Source of the DNA: an uncultured Gammaproteobacteria bacterium
GTDB taxonomy: Bacteria; Pseudomonadota; Gammaproteobacteria; Chromatiales; Chromatiaceae
Reading direction: 5' to 3'
Assembly: GCA_963736445.1 (NCBI GenBank)
Contig: CAVTOY010000011.1
Location: 6,339 to 70,338, forward strand
DNA: 64,000 bases
Below, piece after piece: positions 29,606 through 39,386 of this stretch. A program made the translations under genes and the position numbers. Every line of letters starts with the position of its first letter. Within the stretch, counting starts at the first letter, position 1. The notes below the pieces were generated by a model. It was not told the DNA's origin. It worked only from the letters and a program-made list of their open reading frames with translations, and made no database searches.

Positions 29606-30820
29606 ATGAGCGACACCAAGGATATCTCGGGTTCGAGAACACTCACGTCCAGCCAGCTGGTCGCCTGGGCCGAGGACAACTCACAGGTCATGCGCCTCAG
29701 GGCGGGCCGGGATATTCTCCCGGGCGGTTTTCTGGCGTCGTTTGCGCCCGTCCTGGTCGACTGGCGCGCCAGCGATTGGACCTGTGCCTCGCCCTATCTT
29801 GTCCTACGGAATGTGAACTGCGGCGGCAATCCGCTGGACCGCAGCGTGGTACTGCAGTCGGCAAGGGTTCCGTTGAACGGCATCGTTTATGCCGAGTTGA
29901 CGCTGGTGCCCTTTGGTATTGCCGGTAAACACTCCCTGCAAAAACACGCCCAGCTGCGCTTCGTGTTCGATGTGGACAATCAGCCGCAGCTGCTGAACCT
30001 GGCCGGTCGCGAGACAGGGACAGATGCCACTCTGCCGGATCTGATCCTCAGCTGGGAGAGCTGGCGGGCGAAAGGGACCAAGTTCAGTCTACGCGGGGGG
30101 CTGGACATTGCCGCTTACAGCCTGACCCAGCGCGTATTTGCGGGTCCCCAGCTGTTCCTCGAAGACACCTTGCGTGGTCGGGAATGGTACAGCTATCGCC
30201 TGCGCCTGCCGGGTGGCCGTGCGGGCCTCACCGAGCTCCTGCTCGTCGGCCTTGGGTTAGGCGACGGGGCGGCCCGCAGCACCATCTCCGGGTTGCTGAA
30301 ACAGGCGGAGGGACAGTGGCTCGACCATGCCCCAGAAGGTGATGCAGATGATCCGCAGCTACGCGGTCAGTGGGAGAAGCTGCAGACGCGACTGCAGCAG
30401 GCGGCAGCCCCCGAGGATCATCTGGTGAGGATGCCCGACGACGAAGACGGCTACCAACCCCTGGTGCGCTCCTGCGCCACCCTGGCGCGCTATACCGTGC
30501 TCACGGCCGCGGCACGGCTGTTGGCTCAGGGTCACGACGACGAGGCAGTCCGCAAGGCGCTGCCGAAGTTCGACTTGCCGTCACCCGAGCCGTGGATGAA
30601 GGAGATGGCCCACGCGGACCTCAACGGCGTCTTCTTGCGGGCGCCGATGGCGGTGAGTTTTCTGGTCCGCCGATCCGAGCTGCTACCCGGGAACATCCCC
30701 AAAGAGTTGGCGAGTGCCGGCCTGCTGGAAATGCGCAATGGCCGCCCGCGCATGACGCGCTTCGCCTACGGCAAGCGAGCCCCCTATGGGCGCGACGGCG
30801 TGGCGGATGATGGAACTTAG
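29606..30820 (+). CDS. Hypothetical protein, possibly DUF4105/Lnb-like (permuted papain fold)
   Basis: LRNV...VPF...HAQLRFVF...LSWE...YSYRL...YQPLVRSCAT ordering recalls DUF4105 (His...Cys); similarity judged by eye. Confidence 0.55.
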   Translation: MSDTKDISGSRTLTSSQLVAWAEDNSQVMRLRAGRDILPGGFLASFAPVLVDWRASDWTCASPYLVLRNVNCGGNPLDRSVVLQSARVPLNGIVYAELTLVPFGIAGKHSLQKHAQLRFVFDVDNQPQLLNLAGRETGTDATLPDLILSWESWRAKGTKFSLRGGLDIAAYSLTQRVFAGPQLFLEDTLRGREWYSYRLRLPGGRAGLTELLLVGLGLGDGAARSTISGLLKQAEGQWLDHAPEGDADDPQLRGQWEKLQTRLQQAAAPEDHLVRMPDDEDGYQPLVRSCATLARYTVLTAAARLLAQGHDDEAVRKALPKFDLPSPEPWMKEMAHADLNGVFLRAPMAVSFLVRRSELLPGNIPKELASAGLLEMRNGRPRMTRFAYGKRAPYGRDGVADDGT

Positions 30821-31235
30821 GATAACTGTTGGCGCAGCGAATCGACCACATGGCGCACACCTCGATGCGCTATCCAGACGGCAGATTCGGCGCGATTATG
30901 TTGGATAAAGCAATCTTCTTTGAAACAGATACTTATTGACGTTAGTTAGAGTCTTTTATTTACTTGATGCACGACTGCAGGGTGATGAACCCTCGATTTG
31001 CCCTCGGCACTCGGCTATTGAGCATTTAAGAAATAATGGGTTAGCGCCCGGCGTTTCCATCCAGTATCTTTCGATAACCAGACTCAGACAGCTCAGCGCA
31101 GATCGCTGAGGCCGTAAAGTCAACCGCCAACCCCGGTTGATGATTGCTTGCGGCCGGGACGCAGCGTCAAGCGCGATAGAGACCACTGAGTCGGCCTCGA
31201 CCCCGTTCGCATAATACCGTTAGGAGGATTCAACT

Positions 31236-32417
31236 ATGACCCGTGAAGTCGTCGTACTCAGCGCAGTTCGTTCCGGCATTGGCACTTTCGCTGGCGGTCT
31301 CAGCCAGATCGAGCCCCATGAGCTGGCCGGTCAGGTGATGAAAGAGGCCATCCGTCGCTCCGATGTTGACCCTGCCGCGATCAACTATGTCACGGTGGGT
31401 AACTGTATTCCGACCGATTCGCGCTACGCCTACGTGGCGCGCGTCGCCTCCATCCAGGCCGGCCTGCCGATGGAGTCGGTGGCAATGGCCGTCAATCGCC
31501 TGTGCAGCTCGGGTCTCCAGGGCATCGTGACCAGTGCGCAGAACGTAATGCTCGGCGATTGCGACTATGCGATTGGCGGCGGTGTCGAAGTGATGTCGCG
31601 CGGGGCCTATCTATCCGCTGCGATGCGGTCCGGGGCCCGCATGGGAGACAGCCCGATGATCGACGGTATGGTTGCCACCTTGACCGATCCGTTCGGCGTG
31701 GGCCACATGGGTATCACCGCCGAGAATCTTGCAGAGAAATGGAACATCAGCCGGGAAGAGCAGGACGCGTTTGCCGCAGAGTCTCATCGACGCGCTGCAG
31801 CGGCCATCGAGGCGGGGCATTTCGCCTCACAGATTACGCCGATCACGATCAAGAGCCGCAAAGGCGACATAAGCTTCGCGACCGACGAGCATGTCAGGCC
31901 CGGGACGACCGTGGAGAAACTCTCCACGATGCGCCCGGCGTTCAAGAAAGACGGGACCGTCACGGCCGGTAATGCATCAGGCATCAACGACGGCGCCTCG
32001 TTCTTCGTGCTCGCCGCGGCCGACGTCGCTGCCAAATCCGGTTACAAGCCCATGGCGCGTCTTGCGGGCTATGCCGTTGCCGGCGTACCCAACGAATTGA
32101 TGGGTGAGGGACCGATCCCGGCTTCGCGCCTGGCGCTCAAGAAGGCCGGCCTCAGCCTCGATCAGATGGACGTCATCGAGTCCAATGAGGCCTTCGCTGC
32201 CCAGGCGCTGGCGGTCGCCAAAGGACTGGAACTGGACTTGGCAAAGACCAATCCGAATGGCGGTGCCATTGCGCTGGGACACCCGATCGGCTGCTCTGGC
32301 GCATTCATCGCCACCAAGGCGATCTACGAACTCCACCGCACCGGAGGCCAATATGCGCTGGTCACCATGTGCATCGGTGGCGGCCAGGGCATTGCTACGG
32401 TATTCGAGAGGCTCTAA
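31236..32417 (+). CDS. bktB: Acetyl-CoA C-acyltransferase (beta-ketothiolase, BktB-like)
   Basis: NRLCSSG, NEAFA, GGAIALGHPIG, CIGGGQG; DPFGVGHMGITAEN. Confidence 0.85.
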   Translation: MTREVVVLSAVRSGIGTFAGGLSQIEPHELAGQVMKEAIRRSDVDPAAINYVTVGNCIPTDSRYAYVARVASIQAGLPMESVAMAVNRLCSSGLQGIVTSAQNVMLGDCDYAIGGGVEVMSRGAYLSAAMRSGARMGDSPMIDGMVATLTDPFGVGHMGITAENLAEKWNISREEQDAFAAESHRRAAAAIEAGHFASQITPITIKSRKGDISFATDEHVRPGTTVEKLSTMRPAFKKDGTVTAGNASGINDGASFFVLAAADVAAKSGYKPMARLAGYAVAGVPNELMGEGPIPASRLALKKAGLSLDQMDVIESNEAFAAQALAVAKGLELDLAKTNPNGGAIALGHPIGCSGAFIATKAIYELHRTGGQYALVTMCIGGGQGIATVFERL

Positions 32418-32457
32418 CGATCAAGGGTGCGAGAGCGCAGCGCACCGCACAATAACG

Positions 32458-32498
32458 GCATCGGGTGCGTTAGGGCTCACGCCTGACGCACCCGATGC
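32458..32498. terminator. Long hairpin between convergent genes (terminator or REP-like)
   Basis: GCATCGGGTGCGT...ACGCACCCGATGC 13-bp perfect stem. Confidence 0.6.
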
Positions 32499-32572
32499 AA
32501 ATTTGATTCTGCTGATCGCCCAGACTGAAACAGACCGGAAAGGTATCGGAAATACGTTGAAGCCGCCGGTGA

Positions 32573-34051
32573 CTACCGCAGCGTTTGCTTCAGCTGCTGG
32601 TGTTCATCCAGCAGGCGATAGGCGGTGTGATACTTTTTTATGTCAGCAACATACTTGACCGTCTCCCGCCCGATCAATTTACCCGCTGCCACTTCGACAT
32701 TGCCGAACCAGCGGTCCTGGTCCAGCCCCATCTCGGCAGCAAGCCGACGCATCTTGCGGACATTCGCGGGACCCGCGTTATAAGAGGCCCAGACAAACGC
32801 CATACGGTCCGCGGGATCGATGTCGGCCTCTGAAAAATAGCGATCACGCAGGAACGCCAGGTATTTGGCCCCTGCATGCACATTATTCTCCGCTGTGTGG
32901 ATATCCGGGATACCGACGTTCGGATCTTTCGCGGTACTGGGCAACAGCTGCATCAGGCCAACCGCCCCGCGACGGCTGCGGCGCTTCTGGTCCAGGCCGG
33001 ACTCGTGGTAGGCCTGCGCGAGCAGGGCCAGCGGATCGATGCCGTACTTTTCGCCATAGCGCTTGAACAAGGCCATCACACGCTCGAGCTTTTCACGTTC
33101 GCTGGCGCTGGTGGGGTTCGTAATCCAGCGGGTCTCGGTCAGATATTGCTTACTCAGCACGTTGCCCAGCAGCGTGCCTTTCTTGACTCGCCCCAAAAAC
33201 TCTCCCAGGCTGGCCTGCAGCTGGGGGTTATCGGGGCGTACGGCCCAACCGACATATCCGCCCGCGTTGAGCAGCACATCCTCTTGCACCACGATGTCTT
33301 TGAAGATCTGGGACCACAGACGGGCCTTGTAGTCATCGATAACGCTCAGCTGCACGATTCCGGCGTTGACCATTTCGAGAATGTCCTCGCTGTGCAGCAG
33401 GGGATCGGCCTCGCGGATCTTCACGGGTGGCCTGCCCTGCGCCTCGAGCCGAGTGTTCAACTGCCGCAGGTGCTCTGCATAGCTGCTACCACGTAACACA
33501 TGGACCTCCTGCCCCGCGAGATCGTCGATGCTGGTGAGCGGATCGACATCGCGGTGGCGTACCACGACCTCGTCTACCGACATCCCCTTACCCGACAGCA
33601 TGGCGACCCTGGCCTCGCGTTCGGGCGTTAGCGTCAGCATAGCCGCGGCAACATCACCGTGGCCCGCAAGCAGTTCGGGAATCAAGCGATCGAAGGTCAC
33701 CGGCAGGAAGCGGACCCGGACCTTGTCGGCCGCCTTCTTGATCCCCTTGTTGAGAAACTTTTCATACTCGCGCAAGAGTTTGGCCTGCAGGCCCTCGATC
33801 TTCGCCCCCGACAGGAAGAAATCGGTATTGCTCGGCACGACCAGGGCACGCAGAATCTTTCGCTCCCGGATCTGATCCAGATCACCGCTGAACGCCTCCG
33901 TCGGCAGTGAAATTGCCGCAGTCTTAGGCGGAGGGGCCGGCGTATCTACCAGCTCCTTACCGCTTTCGGGCGCGGGGGAACAGCCGGTGATGGCCCAGGC
34001 AGCAAGCAACACTGTGGCCCTCAGCGGGCGGGATAATGGGACGCTCAACAT
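32573..34051 (-). CDS. MltF-like lytic transglycosylase (SBP family 3 plus SLT domain), lipoprotein
   Basis: Lipobox ITGC; SBP domain; AYHESGL, GAVGLMQL, SYNAGP, ETVKYV. Confidence 0.9.
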   Translation of the reverse strand: MLSVPLSRPLRATVLLAAWAITGCSPAPESGKELVDTPAPPPKTAAISLPTEAFSGDLDQIRERKILRALVVPSNTDFFLSGAKIEGLQAKLLREYEKFLNKGIKKAADKVRVRFLPVTFDRLIPELLAGHGDVAAAMLTLTPEREARVAMLSGKGMSVDEVVVRHRDVDPLTSIDDLAGQEVHVLRGSSYAEHLRQLNTRLEAQGRPPVKIREADPLLHSEDILEMVNAGIVQLSVIDDYKARLWSQIFKDIVVQEDVLLNAGGYVGWAVRPDNPQLQASLGEFLGRVKKGTLLGNVLSKQYLTETRWITNPTSASEREKLERVMALFKRYGEKYGIDPLALLAQAYHESGLDQKRRSRRGAVGLMQLLPSTAKDPNVGIPDIHTAENNVHAGAKYLAFLRDRYFSEADIDPADRMAFVWASYNAGPANVRKMRRLAAEMGLDQDRWFGNVEVAAGKLIGRETVKYVADIKKYHTAYRLLDEHQQLKQTLR

Positions 34052-34090
34052 CGCTTGCTCTCTTTTCTTCTGACGCTACCGCGGGCTCGA

Positions 34091-36085
34091 TCAGTCCCAG
34101 CGCGATTCTGCCTCGCGACGGCTGAACGCCACGACGCGGCCATCGGCCAGCAGTTCCCGGATGCGCCAGGGTACACCCTCCGCATCGAGCTCTACGAGGC
34201 CAATGCCGCTGCCGTTGAGCAGCCGCCTGCCATGCGGCGTCCCCTCGGGCTTGCGCGGAACGACCCGCATACGGCGCCGCCGGGTGAACCAATTCAGCGG
34301 CGAGCGCGGCGAATACAACCAGCGGTTACCCCGGTCGAGCACCGCGAGCAGGCGTGCGGGAAACGCATTGCGTGTCCCGCTGCTGCAGATCTGCCATATG
34401 TCCGGACCACGTATGCGTCCGCGCAGTTCGACATCGTAGACAAAGGAATAATGCACGTCACCCGACAGGACGACAAAGTGCCGCGGGGTCTTCGGATGGC
34501 GAAAGACATTGAGGATGGCATGCGCTGCGCCGGGGTGGGCCATCCAGTTTTCCGCGTCGACCAGCAGCGGATGGCCAAACCAGGTGAAGATGCGCTGGAT
34601 GGCCTCGATCAGCTTCACGCCGAAGATCGGTGCGGGCGATACCAGCAACACCGCCGGCAGGCCGCGCAGGGTCTTCTGCAAATCGGCCAACGCCTCCCAG
34701 TCCATCAGACCGGACGGCTTGCGCGCAGCCGACTCCGAGCGCCAGCGATGCGTGCGGCTGTCGATCACCACCAGGGGCGGCGTGGTCGGCCAACTGTAGT
34801 GCCAGTCATCGAAGCGCAGCAGTCGCTCGATGCAGGCCGCATGCGCGTCGCTGCCCGGCGTACTGAGGCTGGACTGCAGCTGCCCCAGGATATCGTTGTC
34901 GAATGCCGCCGGGTCGTTACCCCACCCCTGGTTGAGCAGATACGCGATCAGCGCATTGCCGATGACCCGATTCGAGAACGGGTGGTCATAGGCCGCCTCC
35001 TCCCATTCACGGCTCAGGTTCCAATCGTCGGTGATGTCATGATCGTCGAAGATCATCGCCACCGGGAGGTGCGCGAACAGGCGTCGCACACTCGCCAGCT
35101 CGGTGATGAAGGCCTCGATCGCGCGGCCTTCCGACGCATATAGCTTACGCGATGCGGTATCCAGCCCCGGCGGCGGATCGCGATCGATCCCCGCCCAGGG
35201 GGCCGGCGACCAGACCAGCAGATACATCGCCAGCACCTCGGCCAGCGTAATCAGGTGATTGTGTGCGCTGTCGGTGGTGAATACTGGCTTCTCGACCCCA
35301 CCGAACAGCACCTCGATCGGCGCGTAATTGCGCTTGCGGCGCGGCAACAGCTTCTCTCGGTGGTAGTAGCCGTCCGGGTGGCGATACAGCGCCTGCGAAT
35401 CGGTCAGACCAGTCTCCCCTGCCCCAGAAAGGGCCTCGACCGGCAGGCCGAGCCGCGCGATCAGCTGGTGAATGGCACGCAGCATTGGCCCGGCTACGTC
35501 GTCCGTGTAGATCTGATCGCCCGACAGCACCAAGGCCGATGGCCAGGCTGGCAGTTCCTGCTCTGACACCCGGGCCGACGACGTCGCGTCGTGCGCTGCG
35601 CGACCCGTCGCCAGGCAACGCGCGAGCAGGCGGTCGGCCTGCACCAGACCATCGCGACCCGGAAAGTGCGGCTTGCGGCAGGAGCCGTGTAGCACCGAAC
35701 CAACCCGGCTCGGCAATAGGAAGCCGGGCGAAGGCTTGCCCGGATAGCAGAGATCGGGGGCCCACTCCGACCAGTCCTGCCAGCCCCTCTCCTCACCCGC
35801 CAGCGGTTGCAGCGCGAGCGTGTAGCCGATCCAGCGGTCATAGGGCAGCGCCTCGCCCAACGCCAGCTCGATCAGCAGGTAACGCAGATGGTCGCCCGCC
35901 GTCAGCGAACGGCAGGCCGCGGTACCCGGCTCGAGCGCATAGCTGCGCGGCGACGCCTCACCGCATGCCAGCGTCAGCCGGGCGCGGACCGGTCCACGCA
36001 ACGCGAGCCAGAGGGTCACCCGCTGCGCAGTAAGCCGACGCAAAATCGGACCGGCCAGCACCAACGGTAATTCCGACGCGTTCAT
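34091..36085 (-). CDS. PhoD-like metallophosphatase
   Basis: HGSCRKPH, GDQIYTDDV, IFDDHDITDDWN, ENW, LSGDVHYS; no signal peptide seen. Confidence 0.9.
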   Translation of the reverse strand: MNASELPLVLAGPILRRLTAQRVTLWLALRGPVRARLTLACGEASPRSYALEPGTAACRSLTAGDHLRYLLIELALGEALPYDRWIGYTLALQPLAGEERGWQDWSEWAPDLCYPGKPSPGFLLPSRVGSVLHGSCRKPHFPGRDGLVQADRLLARCLATGRAAHDATSSARVSEQELPAWPSALVLSGDQIYTDDVAGPMLRAIHQLIARLGLPVEALSGAGETGLTDSQALYRHPDGYYHREKLLPRRKRNYAPIEVLFGGVEKPVFTTDSAHNHLITLAEVLAMYLLVWSPAPWAGIDRDPPPGLDTASRKLYASEGRAIEAFITELASVRRLFAHLPVAMIFDDHDITDDWNLSREWEEAAYDHPFSNRVIGNALIAYLLNQGWGNDPAAFDNDILGQLQSSLSTPGSDAHAACIERLLRFDDWHYSWPTTPPLVVIDSRTHRWRSESAARKPSGLMDWEALADLQKTLRGLPAVLLVSPAPIFGVKLIEAIQRIFTWFGHPLLVDAENWMAHPGAAHAILNVFRHPKTPRHFVVLSGDVHYSFVYDVELRGRIRGPDIWQICSSGTRNAFPARLLAVLDRGNRWLYSPRSPLNWFTRRRRMRVVPRKPEGTPHGRRLLNGSGIGLVELDAEGVPWRIRELLADGRVVAFSRREAESRWD

Positions 36086-36398
36086 CGATTTCCTGTTCCA
36101 CGGATCACAACCCCATGGAATTCAACGCGATCCGGCGCGTCACCAAGGTCCTTTGGTCCCATCGCCCTGGAGCCTATATCCTTCGTCCGGCGCACGCCGG
36201 GCCGCGAGTGCAGAAAGCCGTGGTGAATCGCTTGCCCGTCTATGGGCTGCGGACCGCGATAGGCCGGCGGCGAAACACGGTGTCATTATTCGAAGTGGGG
36301 TCATGTAGGCTCACACCAATTGTATGTTTACACACTTAACTGTCTGGCAGCCGTTAGCCGTCCGGTGAGATTTTCAGGCTAGACCTTGGAGGGTCGAC

Positions 36399-37379
36399 AT
36401 GGCGCTGGCAGTGCTGGCGATTCTGGGTGGTTTCGCGCTCTTGATCTGGAGCGCCGATCGGTTTGTGGAAGGCGCGGCCGCGACGGCCAAGCACGTGGGC
36501 ATGCCCTCGCTGCTGATTGGCATGGTGATCGTGGGCTTTGGCACCTCTTCGCCGGAGATGGTCGTTTCCGCCATGGCCGCGTTGGACGGCAGCCCCGAAC
36601 TCGCCCTGGGTAACGCGCTGGGCTCCAATATTGCGAATACCGGTCTAATCCTGGGCATCACCGCGCTGATTGCGCCAATCGCCGTGCATTCGAAGATCGT
36701 ACGCCGCGAGCTGCCGCTGCTGTTGATGGTCAGCCTGCTGACTGGCGCCATCCTCTGGGACCACGCCATCACGCGCCAGGAATCCCTGGTGTTATTGGGT
36801 GGATTTTTCGGCCTGATCGGCTGGACGGTGTTTACCGGCTTGCGCCACCGCGAAGACACGCTCGCGGCGGAAATGGCGATCGAAATGGAAGCACGCACCA
36901 TGCCGCTGGGAGGCGCGCTGTTCTGGCTGGTGGTCGGAATGATGCTGCTGATCGTGAGCTCCCGCTTCCTGATCTGGGGTGCCGTTGCGGTCGCCCAGGC
37001 ACTCGGTATCAGTGACTTTGTGATCGGCCTGACCATCGTTGCGCTGGGCACCTCTCTGCCGGAGCTGGCGGCCTCGGTGATCGCTGCGCGCAAGGGTGAG
37101 CACGATATCGCTATCGGCAACATAGTCGGCTCCAACATGTTCAACCTGCTCGCGGTGATCGGTATCGCCGGGGTGATCGCGCCCATGTCGTCGATTGCCG
37201 CCGAGGTGCTGTACCGGGACTGGAGCACCATGGTCGCTCTGTTCATTGCCGTGTTCATCATTGCCTATGGCTTTCGCGGCGAAGGACATATCAACCGCAT
37301 CGAGGGCTTCCTGCTGGTGACAGCTTACGTCGCCTATACCGCTTATCTGCTGATCACGATGACGGGCGCGTTTATCTAA
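36399..37379 (+). CDS. yrbG: Calcium/sodium antiporter (CaCA family, YrbG-like)
   Basis: Alpha repeats GTSSPE...GSNIAN and GTSLPE...GSNMFN. Confidence 0.92.
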   Translation: MALAVLAILGGFALLIWSADRFVEGAAATAKHVGMPSLLIGMVIVGFGTSSPEMVVSAMAALDGSPELALGNALGSNIANTGLILGITALIAPIAVHSKIVRRELPLLLMVSLLTGAILWDHAITRQESLVLLGGFFGLIGWTVFTGLRHREDTLAAEMAIEMEARTMPLGGALFWLVVGMMLLIVSSRFLIWGAVAVAQALGISDFVIGLTIVALGTSLPELAASVIAARKGEHDIAIGNIVGSNMFNLLAVIGIAGVIAPMSSIAAEVLYRDWSTMVALFIAVFIIAYGFRGEGHINRIEGFLLVTAYVAYTAYLLITMTGAFI

Positions 37380-37394
37380 CCCGCTTATCTCACC
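37380..37394. mobile_element. Solo copy of the MITE terminal repeat CCCGCTTATCTCACC
   Basis: Exact 15-bp match to 5180-5194, preceded by CTAA (CTAG at the other site). Confidence 0.6.
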
Positions 37395-37824
37395 CTACGC
37401 GGGTGGTCATGGGCGTTGTTTCAACTTCGTAACAATTAACCTGGAAATCTCATCGGCTGGTGAAGACGCGAGGTCTCTTCATGGCTTTGCGCGCACGTCA
37501 CCGCGTAAAGCACCGCACAGCGTGATTCGACCACGGTGTAAAAAAATCTGACAGCGGCATCATCCGGGTCGTCTGCAAACCGCGATCTGCAGCTCGCCGG
37601 ATAAGCCCGATCGATCAAGATCTCCCGCAACATATCAAAGGTTAATAATAAACCGCGTTTTCGTCGTTTCCCGGCGCGTTTTTGGCGGATTTTGGCCCGA
37701 ATAAGGCAGTCGATCGATAGGTGATTTCCCCAGGTACCCAGGTGTCGACATATTTAACACTCCCGGGAATGGCAAGGTAGCTTCGGAACATGTCTTTCCC
37801 GGGAATACAACAACTTACTTGCGC

Positions 37825-37840
37825 TGGCATAAACGATGCA
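37825..37840 (+). promoter_or_regulatory. Sigma54 (-24/-12) promoter of the Fap-like operon
   Basis: TGGCAT-AAACG-ATGCA with canonical GG-N10-GC spacing, 90 bp before the ATG; IHF-like ATACAACAACTTA at 37805-37817. Confidence 0.65.
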
Positions 37841-37930
37841 TCACCCGGTGCAGCACGATGCCGTGCTTCATCGACTCGCCGGACGGGGACTCTCGTTCGG
37901 CAAGAACAAAGAACTTACGAGGATCGACTA

Positions 37931-38923
37931 ATGAAGAGATTTCAAATGATGACCCTGGCCGCAGCTGTCTCGATGGCGCTCGGCATGAGCTCGGTTGCTT
38001 ACGCCAACCCCAACAACAACATCGAGTCGGAAGAAGGTGGCCAGAACAACTCGGTCACTACCACCGGCGCTGACAGCGGCGCAACGGCGGCTGAGAACGC
38101 AACGGCCCAAATCGATAACAGCGATAACAGCGACAACAGCACCAACGACGCGAGCGACAACAGCACCAACGACGCGAGCGACAACAGCACCAACGACGCG
38201 AGCGACAACAGCACCAACACCGCTGACAGTTACAACGACAACAGCAACAACAGCGATAACAGCGTCGCCGACAACGACGACAACAGCAACAACAGCGACA
38301 ACAGCGTCGCCGACAACGACGACAACAGCAACAACAGCACCAACACCGCTGACAGTTACAACGACAACAGCGACAACAGCGACAACAGCGACAACAGCGA
38401 CAACAGCAACAACAGCGACAACAGCAACAACAGCGACAACAGCGTCGCCGACAACGACGACAACAGCAACAACAGTGTCAACACCGCTGACAGTTACAAC
38501 GACAACAGCGACAACAGCGACAACAGCGACAACAGCGACAACAGCGACAACAGCATGAACGTCGCCGCGTCGGGCGAAGAGAGTGTAGCCGCCGGTAACG
38601 ATGCCACGGTTACCACCACCGAGATTGAAGCCGAAGGTAGCGATTCGATTGCGGCACTCGGTAACGTTTCTGTGAACCAATCGGAGCTGATGGGCGAAGT
38701 TAGCGGCAACAACGTGAACTTGAACGCAAATGGTGGTCCTCCAGGGAGCGCTGTCACGTTGACCTATAACGCCGACAACAACATCAGTAGCTCGTTCAAC
38801 GGGTTCTCGGGTCAGAACCTATCCGCCCAGAATACCGGCGCCAATGCTCTGATCCAGCAGCAGGTGACCTTCCAGGGCAACATCAACGCGGGTGCTGCCG
38901 CGGCGGGTGAAGGCACTCGGTAA
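37931..38923 (+). CDS. Secreted Fap-like major subunit with long Asp/Asn/Ser repeat region
   Basis: GAGGA RBS; signal MKRFQMMTLAAAVSMALGMSSVAYA; C-terminal Fap-type repeat NNISSSFNGFSGQNLSAQNTGANALIQQ; first gene of a C39 peptidase / OM transporter operon. Confidence 0.8.
   Translation: MKRFQMMTLAAAVSMALGMSSVAYANPNNNIESEEGGQNNSVTTTGADSGATAAENATAQIDNSDNSDNSTNDASDNSTNDASDNSTNDASDNSTNTADSYNDNSNNSDNSVADNDDNSNNSDNSVADNDDNSNNSTNTADSYNDNSDNSDNSDNSDNSNNSDNSNNSDNSVADNDDNSNNSVNTADSYNDNSDNSDNSDNSDNSDNSMNVAASGEESVAAGNDATVTTTEIEAEGSDSIAALGNVSVNQSELMGEVSGNNVNLNANGGPPGSAVTLTYNADNNISSSFNGFSGQNLSAQNTGANALIQQQVTFQGNINAGAAAAGEGTR
38114..38554 (+). repeat. Hierarchical coding repeat: 9-bp GACAACAGC units, 24-bp (DNSTNDAS) x3 and larger TADSYNDNS/VADNDD blocks
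   Basis: Visible directly in the DNA and the translation. Confidence 0.95.
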
Positions 38924-38951
38924 TCGCTGCAGCTGCATAGCGAGGTGAGGT

Positions 38952-38979
38952 ACCGGCGGATGTCTCGGCATCCGCCGGT
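38952..38979 (+). terminator. Intra-operon stem-loop after the major subunit gene
   Basis: ACCGGCGGATG-TCTCGG-CATCCGCCGGT, 11-bp stem, no U-tract. Confidence 0.6.
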
Positions 38980-39020
38980 CAACCAGCCTGAATGAACGTA
39001 TTAACTTTAGGAGTCGGCAG

Positions 39021-39383
39021 ATGAACCGCAAGCTGGCTTGGGTGCTTATCGCGTGTGCCGTGGGGATGTCCTTCGGATTGAGGGCCGAATCCACGGTCAG
39101 CATCACGGAAGGAGACACACTGATGCTCGAGGCGGCCCTCAGCGAGGATGACCTCGCGGGTAATCGGGGCGAGGGAGTCGCCATGGACGATATGACCCTC
39201 AACGAGATAGACATCGACGGCAGCAATCACGGCAACACCGTGATGAATTCCGTCACGGGCCAAAACTTTATCGGCAACGGCGCCTTCAATGGTGCGAGCG
39301 GGATGTTCGACACTATCCAGAACAGTGGCAACAATGTCCTGATCCAGAACGCCACCATCGTCAATATCAACATGTCGGATTGA
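39021..39383 (+). CDS. Small secreted Fap-like minor subunit (FapB/FapE-type repeat)
   Basis: Signal peptide; LSEDDLAGNRG; NFIGNGAFNGASGMFDTIQNSGNNVLIQNATIVNIN. Confidence 0.75.
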   Translation: MNRKLAWVLIACAVGMSFGLRAESTVSITEGDTLMLEAALSEDDLAGNRGEGVAMDDMTLNEIDIDGSNHGNTVMNSVTGQNFIGNGAFNGASGMFDTIQNSGNNVLIQNATIVNINMSD

Positions 39384-39386
39384 TGG

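Noticed and set aside
30880-31200. AT-richer intergenic stretch with a short minus-strand ORF
   Set aside because: No assignable motif; likely promoter DNA or decayed sequence.
37436-37633. 65-aa minus-strand ORF between yrbG and the amyloid operon
   Set aside because: No recognisable family or clear RBS; probably a remnant next to the MITE end.
38114-38554. Possible CRISPR array or non-coding satellite
   Set aside because: No unique spacers; unit lengths are multiples of 3 and lie in an ORF with a signal peptide. The poly-Val, poly-Thr and Leu-Ser ORFs in other frames are shadows.
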